The position numbers and the translations under genes were made by a program. Below the pieces are notes generated by a model, which was not told the origin of the DNA, did no database searches, and saw only the letters and a program-made list of their open reading frames with translations. This document shows positions 39,534 to 47,826 of a stretch of DNA of 64,000 nucleotides, piece by piece. The first letter of the stretch is position 1, and each line of letters starts with the position of its first letter. The stretch comes from a virus: IMG/VR virus record IMGVR_UViG_3300020421_003230, positions 32,001-96,000 of that record. One strand, 5' to 3'.

Positions 39534-40615
39534 TGGCATACGCACCTACTGGTTCATTTCTAACAATTAATGCTTTAGCATATGCACTTGATGGTAGTAC
39601 CTCATCTTCAGCTGAAGAAGTAAAAACTAATTCTGGTTCACATGGTGTGGATATGAGGCAAATTGCAAAACGATATCAAGGAACATTGGGTGTAAATGAT
39701 GACGACCCTACAGAATTTTCTTTAGGTGATTTTGGTGTAGATAAATTTCAATCATGTGTAGTAGACCCAACAGGAAGAGTCACAGAATCACCATCAGGTG
39801 GAACAACTGTAAACGAGGGAGTTACAAGTATCTTTTTTGCAAGAGTTCAAAATTGTGGTACACAATGGACAAGTAGTTTAGGTGGTGATGAAAATAATTG
39901 GTCATGGACTTTGAATGTTAATGCACCATATACAGCAGAAGTTGGTGATATATCTTTTACCAATGCACATGCTAATTGTTCAGCTTCATTTAGTACTATA
40001 CAAGATGCAGATGGAGATAATGATACCGTATTAGTATCTTATACATATACGGATGATTACAATGTATCTGCTTCAAATTATAATACTCAAGTTTCCAATA
40101 CAATAACAATTGTTGATACTTATACACCAGGTGGTGGTGGTGGTTGTTTTGCTTTAAACACTATGGTGAGTAAAAGTGATGGTACATCTGTACAAATGGA
40201 TGATTTAGAAATTGGAGATGAAGTTGTTTCTTTTGGTTACCAGGATATGATAGATGAATCTGATTCTGATGATTATAGGGGATATACAACACATAGTTTA
40301 TCTACAGGATTTTATACAAGTTCTTTCGTAAAAGATATGACTTATACTTATTTAGATTCTTATTACCACATAAACAATAGTATTAAGGTTAGTGATTTAC
40401 ATTCATTTTGGGTAAGTGGTTCAGATAATATGTGGTCATGGAAAACTGCTGATAAGATGTCAGTTGGTGATTGGTTTTTAAGTGATAATAAAAAAGTAGT
40501 TCAAGTTAGTTCTTCAATACTTATTAATGATGAGTTAGAAGCAATGTTTGTAAATGTTGAAGATGTTGATACATTATTTGTAGAGGGGGTTTTAGTACAC
40601 AATGCAAAAGATTAA
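39533..40615 (+). CDS. Putative virion protein with C-terminal Hint (intein-like) domain
   Basis: 'PGGGGG|CFALNTMV..DG..MDDLEIGDEV...VSDLH...VNVEDVDTLFVEGVLVHN|AKD'; Hint at 40145-40603; coupled to the tail fibre by TAATG. Confidence 0.85.
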   Translation: MAYAPTGSFLTINALAYALDGSTSSSAEEVKTNSGSHGVDMRQIAKRYQGTLGVNDDDPTEFSLGDFGVDKFQSCVVDPTGRVTESPSGGTTVNEGVTSIFFARVQNCGTQWTSSLGGDENNWSWTLNVNAPYTAEVGDISFTNAHANCSASFSTIQDADGDNDTVLVSYTYTDDYNVSASNYNTQVSNTITIVDTYTPGGGGGCFALNTMVSKSDGTSVQMDDLEIGDEVVSFGYQDMIDESDSDDYRGYTTHSLSTGFYTSSFVKDMTYTYLDSYYHINNSIKVSDLHSFWVSGSDNMWSWKTADKMSVGDWFLSDNKKVVQVSSSILINDELEAMFVNVEDVDTLFVEGVLVHNAKD

Positions 40616-41774
40616 AGAATATGATGTTTATTATACCACAGGTGGTGGTACTTTAGTTGGTGGAGGTGCCGATGTTTGGGTTAACAATTGGATAAAAGAA
40701 ATAGCACCGAAATTAAATGTAACACCAAAGTTGATGATTCATAGAAATCGTCCTAAAGTTGAATGGAGTTTAGAACAACATAAAAAGTTTGAAGATAAAG
40801 TAAAGAAAAATCAAAATGTAGGTGAAGGTCGTAGTGTTCATCAACAAATAAAGAAAAATTTCAAAGAGGCTACTAACCAAGATGTCAATCATACTTGGAC
40901 AACACCTAAATCATATACACCAGCACCAGAACTTGAATACTTTTGGCAAGGTGATGATATGGATGAATTTGAAAAAGTAATGAAAGGTGCTAGAAGAATT
41001 CATATTCTACATGGATATTATTCACCACATCGTTATATTACTGAAAACTTAGATAAAATTCATACCAATGCTGTACATTGTGATGTACATAAAGCAATGA
41101 TGGCTCCATTTATTTTGGGTTTAGAAAAATCGTTTCATTTTCATATGGAGAAAAAATGGGAAAATGAAATTGTAGAATCAGCTAAACATCCATTTTGGAT
41201 TGGTGTATCTAAACCTAATTTAAATAAGAATCCCAATCATTTACTACACATACCAAACTATTATGAATTTAAACATAATAAAGATGTTACTGATAATAAT
41301 AGAATTGGTTTTGCTGCAAGAATGGAATCAAGAAAGTGTCCACATTTTTTAGATGGGTTAAAGGCTGATGTTTATACGGATACAAAAGATATTCAATGGT
41401 GGGAAAGAAATGTAAACCTTAATACAAAACTATGGAGAAAGTTTGTTTTCAGATGGGAACATCTTGATAGATTTTATCAAAGGGATTGGGGAATATCACA
41501 CTCGGCACATATTTACGAACCATTTGGATATTCAATATTTCAAGCGGTTGATTGGGGTAAGGTTCCTATATTGGCACACGATTGGTTACCAAAATATGAT
41601 TATCCATTTAGAGCTTCTAATTCTGTAGAGTTTCATGAACAATATAAAAAGTTGTGTGAAGTATCATTAGATGGAAGAAGAAATATATTAAATCCACTTA
41701 GAGAATATTTAACTGAAAAGTTTGATAATAAAGAAGAGTGGGTAGAAAAAATGTTAAAATTATATAATGAGTGA
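40602..41774 (+). CDS. GT-B fold glycosyltransferase (GT4-like)
   Basis: N-terminal 'GGGADVW', 'IGFAARMESRK', and 'EPFGYSIFQA..GKVPI' (the canonical second Glu is Gln here). Confidence 0.75.
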   Translation: MQKIKEYDVYYTTGGGTLVGGGADVWVNNWIKEIAPKLNVTPKLMIHRNRPKVEWSLEQHKKFEDKVKKNQNVGEGRSVHQQIKKNFKEATNQDVNHTWTTPKSYTPAPELEYFWQGDDMDEFEKVMKGARRIHILHGYYSPHRYITENLDKIHTNAVHCDVHKAMMAPFILGLEKSFHFHMEKKWENEIVESAKHPFWIGVSKPNLNKNPNHLLHIPNYYEFKHNKDVTDNNRIGFAARMESRKCPHFLDGLKADVYTDTKDIQWWERNVNLNTKLWRKFVFRWEHLDRFYQRDWGISHSAHIYEPFGYSIFQAVDWGKVPILAHDWLPKYDYPFRASNSVEFHEQYKKLCEVSLDGRRNILNPLREYLTEKFDNKEEWVEKMLKLYNE

Positions 41775-41785
41775 TATTTATTAAC

Positions 41786-42832
41786 ATGAGTACAACAGCA
41801 AATCAAGACTTATCATTAGGAAAATTAAAGAGGGCCGTAGATGGAACCGATTCATATACTACCGCCGACACTTCTTTGGGTACTCAAAATGATGGTTCAA
41901 GTGAAACAAAGATGTCGGACTTTTCTATTGATAGTGTAGATAGTACATCAGGATTTGCATATCTTTGGGAAAGTACTTCTGAAACCTATCAATTAAATTT
42001 TACAAATAATGGTGCACTATTTTTATCTAAGATAGGAAATAGAACAGAAAACTTTGATTGGTTGAGTAGTGATGCTATAGTTTCAATTAGTGGTGATTAT
42101 ACCGCTACTGCTACAGCTGGTGCTATTTCAAATGCCAATACAGGTACTGGTGATGCTACTGATTTCTTACCAGCTGGTACAAATAATGTAGATTTAACAA
42201 TTCGAGGTAGATATAATGATGATGGACAGACTGATGGATATAATGACCATGCAACTAATTATAATACATACAGAAATAAAGCAGTTCAGGTTATTGATGC
42301 ATATGGTGGTTCACCAAGTTGTTTATTAATCGGTACACCAATCGAGATGGCAGATGGTTCATTTAAAGATGTAGAAGATTTAGAAATAGGTGATTGGGTA
42401 TTAGCTATGAATATGCCTGGTCAATTGGATGAGGATGAAAAAGATTGGAGAAGTTCAAGGTTTGAGGATTCTTCTAAATTCACACAACATTCAGCAAGTG
42501 TTCAAGATATTAACTTTGATTTTGCACATAATTATTGGAATATTAATAATGGTTCTGAATTAATTACAGGTGAACATGAAATGTTATATAAACCAAAAAC
42601 TGCTGATAGTGAATTTGCTACAAAGTGGATGTGGCAATTAGTTCCTAATATGAAAGTTGGTGATTTATTGATGGATAAAGATGGGAATGAAGTTAAAATT
42701 ACTTCATTGGAAAATGTTATAGATAATGATACAGGATTTGAAGTTGTACAGATTGATGTTGAACCATTAGATGTTTATTTTGGTAAAACCTTTTTAGTAC
42801 ACAATAAGGGAAGTGATTCGAATCCATTTTAA
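41786..42832 (+). CDS. Putative virion protein with C-terminal Hint (intein-like) domain
   Basis: Start probably at ATG 41786 just after ATATTTAT (41774-41781). 'YGGSPS|CLLIGTPIEMADG..VEDLEIGDWV...ITGEH...IDVEPLDVYF..FLVHN|KGS'; Hint at 42320-42805. N-terminal part ends like 39533 (DxYNxxAxNYNT..IxD.Y). Confidence 0.85.
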   Translation: MSTTANQDLSLGKLKRAVDGTDSYTTADTSLGTQNDGSSETKMSDFSIDSVDSTSGFAYLWESTSETYQLNFTNNGALFLSKIGNRTENFDWLSSDAIVSISGDYTATATAGAISNANTGTGDATDFLPAGTNNVDLTIRGRYNDDGQTDGYNDHATNYNTYRNKAVQVIDAYGGSPSCLLIGTPIEMADGSFKDVEDLEIGDWVLAMNMPGQLDEDEKDWRSSRFEDSSKFTQHSASVQDINFDFAHNYWNINNGSELITGEHEMLYKPKTADSEFATKWMWQLVPNMKVGDLLMDKDGNEVKITSLENVIDNDTGFEVVQIDVEPLDVYFGKTFLVHNKGSDSNPF

Positions 42833-42861
42833 AAAAAATTACATTATCATAGTTTAAAGTT

Positions 42862-42870
42862 ATATTTATA
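42862..42870 (+). promoter_or_regulatory. Putative phage promoter motif ATATTTATA
   Basis: Recurrent motif, at the head of the long glycosylation operon. Confidence 0.6.
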
Positions 42871-42883
42871 TATAAGGTTATTT

Positions 42884-43612
42884 ATGAATCGAAACATATT
42901 AAATTACGATGCAATAAAATATTTCATCACTAATAATGGTGAAATTGGAAAAGTACCATATCGTTGGACACATGGTGCCACGGATTTACATATGGGTGAT
43001 GGGTTATTAATTTACTCTATCGTACAATTTTATAAATCAAAAACTTGTGTGTGCTTAGGAAGTGGTGGTGGATTCATTCCAAGAATAATATCACAGGCAA
43101 GACAAGATTTACACCGAGATGGTACATTTACAGGTAGTGATAAATATGATTATGGTGATATTGGTTCAACATACATTGTTGATGCAATGAATGGAATAAA
43201 TGGTGAAGTAGATTGGGAAGATAAAGATAGTTTTCTTAATGTTAATTTTTGGCCACAAGTTATAAAAGAAACTACAGAAGATGCATATTATAATTTCTTT
43301 GTAAAGAGAGAAATGAAAATAGATTACTTACACATTGATGCTGACCATACACTTGATGGAGTGAAAAAAGATTTTGAGTTATATTCAAATATATTGAGTA
43401 AAAATGGAATAGTTACAATACATGATACTGATAAAAATTATGTTGATAACTTTTCTGAAATAGAAAATCACAAGGGAGATGATTTATCAGGCCCAAGTGA
43501 ATTTGTAAAAACAATTAATAAGAAAAGGTTCGAAGTATTTAATTTTTTTAATCATGGAATTATGAAAGATAAACCAAGTTCAACAGGACTAACGATTGTG
43601 AGGAAGAAATGA
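42884..43612 (+). CDS. Class I SAM-dependent methyltransferase (Methyltransf_24-like)
   Basis: 'CVCLGSGGG' SAM loop, 'IDYLHIDADHTLDGVKKDF', 'GIVTIHD'. Confidence 0.85.
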   Translation: MNRNILNYDAIKYFITNNGEIGKVPYRWTHGATDLHMGDGLLIYSIVQFYKSKTCVCLGSGGGFIPRIISQARQDLHRDGTFTGSDKYDYGDIGSTYIVDAMNGINGEVDWEDKDSFLNVNFWPQVIKETTEDAYYNFFVKREMKIDYLHIDADHTLDGVKKDFELYSNILSKNGIVTIHDTDKNYVDNFSEIENHKGDDLSGPSEFVKTINKKRFEVFNFFNHGIMKDKPSSTGLTIVRKK

Positions 43613-44466
43613 ATTTAGTTACAATAAGCGGACATCATGTTAATACAATAGAACATATGTTAAATCATTATAAAGATAAAGTAAATGATATTTTTATAGG
43701 AGTACATCGTAATAGTTTATCAGATGAAGATTATGATAGGTTAGTTCAGATTACAAATGATATTGGTTGTGGGATTTACAAGGAATATGATTTTCCACTT
43801 TATCATTGGACTAATGTTACGGATATTTATAATGAAATAAAAATGTTAAAACCAAATGATTGGTGGATTATATCTGATGATGATGAGTTTCATCAATACC
43901 AAAATCCATTAAATGATATAGTTGATAATTGTGAAGATAATGGTTGGAAGTTTGTTACTGGTGCTTTTCTTGATAGAATTTCTATAGATGGTTCTTTGAA
44001 AAAAGTTGAACAAAATATTGATATATCAAAACAATTTCCACTCGGTGGTATGTTTAGGTTTTTAGTTTCAAAGGCATGTCCTAATAAAGTTGTTATGGCT
44101 AAGGGTGATGTACAAGTATCAAGTGGTCAACATTATGCTATTATAGATGGTAAAGAAGTTAGAACAAGAGATAACTCTGAGGTAGCATCAGGTATTGACC
44201 ATCCACAAAGATGTGATTATTTATGGGAGTTTACACAAGTACATCATTACAAGTGGGATGAATCATTAAAGAAAAGGTTAGAGCAGATAGTGAGTATTGA
44301 TGAACAATATACTTATGGTTGGGAATATTCTTTACTTGTTGATTATCTTAATTATCATGGTGGGTTGATAGATATCAATGATAAAAATTTTAAATTACAA
44401 AATATGAATGAATTTCCTAATCACGAATCTTGGGATTATATTAGGGACATTAGTTTGAGGTTTTAG
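43609..44466 (+). CDS. GT-A fold glycosyltransferase (GT2-like)
   Basis: 'HMLNHYK', 'WWIISDDDEF' DxD motif, 'GQH', 'VHHYKW'. Confidence 0.75.
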   Translation: MNLVTISGHHVNTIEHMLNHYKDKVNDIFIGVHRNSLSDEDYDRLVQITNDIGCGIYKEYDFPLYHWTNVTDIYNEIKMLKPNDWWIISDDDEFHQYQNPLNDIVDNCEDNGWKFVTGAFLDRISIDGSLKKVEQNIDISKQFPLGGMFRFLVSKACPNKVVMAKGDVQVSSGQHYAIIDGKEVRTRDNSEVASGIDHPQRCDYLWEFTQVHHYKWDESLKKRLEQIVSIDEQYTYGWEYSLLVDYLNYHGGLIDINDKNFKLQNMNEFPNHESWDYIRDISLRF

Positions 44467-45932
44467 TGGAAGATTATACTTTAGCAATAATAGTACCTTA
44501 TAGAGACAGAAGAAAAGATTTAGATATCTTTGTACCACACATGGATGAGTTCTTATCTGATAAGAATATAGATTATACTATATTTGTAATTGAACAAGAA
44601 GATGATAGGCCATTCAATCGTGGTAAGTTATTGAACATTGGATTTGATTTAATAAAAGATGATTTTGATTACTTTTGTTTTCACGATGTTGATATGTTAC
44701 CAATCAATGATGATTGTGATTATAGTTACGATGATGTACCAATCCACTTAGCATCTGAACTTGAATCGTATAATTATAAATTACCTTATGAACAATTTTT
44801 TGGTGGAGTGGTTTTATTTACAAAAGAAGATTTTATTGAAGTTAATGGATATTCAAATGAGTATTGGGGTTATGGTGTAGAAGATTTAGATATGATGTAT
44901 AGAATAGAAAAGGCTGGATTACAACACGAAGTTCAATATGATATTTCAGGAGTAACAAAACAATTAAGATATAGTTTGAGTGAAGTAAAAGTATCCAATT
45001 CATTAACATCAAAAGAAATAAAATATATAACATTAGATGGTAGTTCATCATTAGTTATAAAAAATGGTAATCCAAAATTATTAAACTTAACTAACAATTC
45101 ATATACACTTAGTGTGTGGGTTAGACCACATGATAAAGGTGAACGAATGCAGGGTATCATATCAAGACCAGGTCATCATTCAGGTATATTTTATAACACA
45201 TCTACTAAAATGATGGAGAGTAAATTTCAATCACAAGTTTGGGATAAGAATAAATTAAATTATATTGTAGACAGAAGTGTTAAGAGTAATGAGTGGTATT
45301 TTGTAACAATGACCTTAGATACTAAAACTAAAAAAATAAAAATGTATGTTAATGGTGTACAAGTTATTGATAAATTTAATAGACAAGAATTAGAAGAAGA
45401 GTTGTTTGATTATGAAACTCGTTCTTGGTTCATTGGTAATTCATACGCAAATAAAAATCCTTTTATTGGAGATATTGCTGATGTTAAGATTTATGATAAG
45501 GTGTTAACAGATGAAGAAGTAGAACAAGAATATTTTGGTGGGATAGATATAAAACCATTAGTGAATATAGATTTTTCTAAAGGATATAGAAACACTTACT
45601 TTGATGTAACAAGTAACCATTGTAACTTAATGATTTCTACTGATAATATTTTACCATACAAAACAGAAACTATAAAACTTGGGAATGAATATCCAATACC
45701 AGTTAGAAAAAATGGTAGATACAAATGTTTAAAACATAAAGGTGATAATCAGATTTTAGAAAAATATGATTCGTTTGACCCTGATATTGAAGCAAACTTA
45801 GAAATATTTTTTGAAGACATAAGAACTGATGAGGTAGATTATAAAACTATTGGATTAAATAATTTAAGTTATAAAATACTTGATAGAGAAACTTTTCAAG
45901 ATAGGCACGAATGGGTAAAGGTAGTAACATGA
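44466..45932 (+). CDS. GT7 beta-1,4-galactosyltransferase-like protein with inserted LamG domain
   Basis: IIVPYRDR, FNRGKLLNIGF, FHDVD, FGGV, NGYSNEYWGYGVED; LamG insert (YTLSVWV..EWYFVTMT..MYVNG..FIGDIADVKIYDKVLT); GT7 tail GRYKCLKH..GLNNLSY. Confidence 0.9.
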   Translation: MEDYTLAIIVPYRDRRKDLDIFVPHMDEFLSDKNIDYTIFVIEQEDDRPFNRGKLLNIGFDLIKDDFDYFCFHDVDMLPINDDCDYSYDDVPIHLASELESYNYKLPYEQFFGGVVLFTKEDFIEVNGYSNEYWGYGVEDLDMMYRIEKAGLQHEVQYDISGVTKQLRYSLSEVKVSNSLTSKEIKYITLDGSSSLVIKNGNPKLLNLTNNSYTLSVWVRPHDKGERMQGIISRPGHHSGIFYNTSTKMMESKFQSQVWDKNKLNYIVDRSVKSNEWYFVTMTLDTKTKKIKMYVNGVQVIDKFNRQELEEELFDYETRSWFIGNSYANKNPFIGDIADVKIYDKVLTDEEVEQEYFGGIDIKPLVNIDFSKGYRNTYFDVTSNHCNLMISTDNILPYKTETIKLGNEYPIPVRKNGRYKCLKHKGDNQILEKYDSFDPDIEANLEIFFEDIRTDEVDYKTIGLNNLSYKILDRETFQDRHEWVKVVT

Positions 45933-46231
45933 TATTTGAATTACTAAAAGATAATGTAGAACAATTAGAAGCATTTGATGAAAAATTAAAACAGGCAATA
46001 GAATCTTTACCAAAAGAACAATTGTGGCCTGTATTTATAATGATACTCGAAGAACTATATTCACAACAAAAAGGTGAATCTCATGTACCGAAGATTGTAG
46101 ATAGATTAGGTGATATAGATAAAATACTTGATGAGATTTGGTGGGAGGGGCCAGAGGGTGTAGTGTATAAAAGTGTATTAGATTTTTATTGGAATAGAAT
46201 TAAAAAACATAAGGAGTTAGAAAATGAGTGA
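45929..46231 (+). CDS. Hypothetical protein
   Basis: Likely start at the ATGA overlap at 45929; helical, no motif. Confidence 0.65.
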   Translation: MIFELLKDNVEQLEAFDEKLKQAIESLPKEQLWPVFIMILEELYSQQKGESHVPKIVDRLGDIDKILDEIWWEGPEGVVYKSVLDFYWNRIKKHKELENE

Positions 46232-46454
46232 AAAAAACAATTACGAAGAAAGAGCCACTAAGGCACTTGAAAGTATTGCAGATTCATTTCAAACCATAGA
46301 GGATTCAGTACTTGATGTTGATTTTCCTATGTGGAGTGAAAGATTAGAATGGTACTTAAATGAATTCTTCAAAATTGCACAACAAAGAACTATTGGTAGT
46401 TCGAATAGACCAACTGTAGATAGAGAACGAAATATTGATGAAACAAAAGAATAA
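46224..46454 (+). CDS. Hypothetical protein
   Basis: 76 aa; AAGGAG RBS. Confidence 0.65.
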   Translation: MSEKNNYEERATKALESIADSFQTIEDSVLDVDFPMWSERLEWYLNEFFKIAQQRTIGSSNRPTVDRERNIDETKE

Positions 46455-47826
46455 ACTTGGGGTTGTAGTTCCATATAGAAATAGGGAATCACACTTAAAA
46501 AGATTTATTCCATACATTAAAAATTACTTGATTGAGAATGGTATTGATTTTGAAATCATAGTTGTAGAACAAGATGATAAAAAACCATTCAATCGTGGTA
46601 AGTTACTCAATATTGGATTTGAGTTATTAGAATCTGATTGTAATTATTTTGTATTTCACGATGTTGATATGTTGCCTGTAGATGCAGATTATAGTTATGT
46701 GGATAAACCAATTCATATGGCAACACAATTAAGTAATGAAAATTATGAATTACAATTTCCATCTTACTTTGGTGGTGTAACTTTATTCAATAGAGATGAT
46801 TTTAAAACTATAAATGGTTATTCCAACGAATACTTTGGTTGGGGATTTGAAGATGATGATTTACTATATCGTTGTGTAAAAAAAGAATTACCTATAGATA
46901 CAAAAATATTTGGAAACAATAGTAGAATGAATTATTCTATGAAATTTAATGGTGATTCTGATTACATAGAAATAGATTCGCCACATCTATTTAATTTTTT
47001 AAAAAATGATTTTACAATTTATATTAGTGGTAAACCAAAAAATATAATTCTTGATAAAAATAATAAAAATGATTACGATGAGTATTTTTTTATATCACAA
47101 CCTGGTTACAATAGTGGATTATCATTTACAAGTTTTAATAGATATAAATCAGAACTATGGAACAAAGATAAAAAATCAGTATCTATAAATTCTGAGATAA
47201 CAGGAGAACATTGGGTTCAGTTATGTTTAACAAAAAAAAATAATTTATTAAGTTTTTATATTGATGGTAAGTTGGTAGATAGTAAATCAATAGATAGTGT
47301 TTATGATTATGGTAATGTACCATTTTACATTGGATGTGCTAATCCTAAATCTATGTTTTTTAAAGGGATGATTTCAGATGTTGCATTGTGGAATAAATCA
47401 TTATCCGAAACACAAATAGAAGAAATAGTAAATGAGAGTTTACCAATAACAAAAACCACACCTGAAGAATTGTTGGTTTATTATGATTTTAAAAATATTA
47501 TAAACGATAAGGTTATTGATTTAAGTGGAAAAGATATTCATGGTAAGTTAAATGGTTGCCAACAAATTGAATATGATAGTAAACAAAAAAGTTCTATACC
47601 AATACCATATAGAAGAGAGGGTAGGTTTCAAGTATTATCACATAAAAGAAATTCTTGGAATGGTATGAAGTGGATTGATAAATTAACAAGATTAAATCAG
47701 TTAAAATTTTTTAATGAAGTAAGAACAGATTTGTTTGATATGAATATTGAGGGATTAAATACACTTCGATATAAAATTACTAATGAAGAAACATTTGAAA
47801 ACTATAGAAAGGTATCAGTACAATGA
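46438..47826 (+). CDS. GT7 galactosyltransferase-like protein with inserted LamG domain
   Basis: VVPYRNR, FNRGKLLNIGF, FHDVD, NGYSNEYFGWGFEDDD, LamG (FNGDSDYI..FYIDG..FKGMISDVALWN), GRFQVLSH..GLNTLRY. Confidence 0.9.
   Translation: MKQKNKLGVVVPYRNRESHLKRFIPYIKNYLIENGIDFEIIVVEQDDKKPFNRGKLLNIGFELLESDCNYFVFHDVDMLPVDADYSYVDKPIHMATQLSNENYELQFPSYFGGVTLFNRDDFKTINGYSNEYFGWGFEDDDLLYRCVKKELPIDTKIFGNNSRMNYSMKFNGDSDYIEIDSPHLFNFLKNDFTIYISGKPKNIILDKNNKNDYDEYFFISQPGYNSGLSFTSFNRYKSELWNKDKKSVSINSEITGEHWVQLCLTKKNNLLSFYIDGKLVDSKSIDSVYDYGNVPFYIGCANPKSMFFKGMISDVALWNKSLSETQIEEIVNESLPITKTTPEELLVYYDFKNIINDKVIDLSGKDIHGKLNGCQQIEYDSKQKSSIPIPYRREGRFQVLSHKRNSWNGMKWIDKLTRLNQLKFFNEVRTDLFDMNIEGLNTLRYKITNEETFENYRKVSVQ

Noticed and set aside
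4609-42805. Hint domains as classical mobile inteins
   Set aside because: No homing endonuclease motifs, no Cys/Ser/Thr at +1 in the two HN-ending copies, no terminal Asn in the first, and none sits in a conserved enzyme active site.
26505-42832. Diversity-generating retroelement or invertible tail-fibre cassette
   Set aside because: No reverse transcriptase or invertase in the window, and I saw no near-identical TR/VR pair or flanking inverted repeats.
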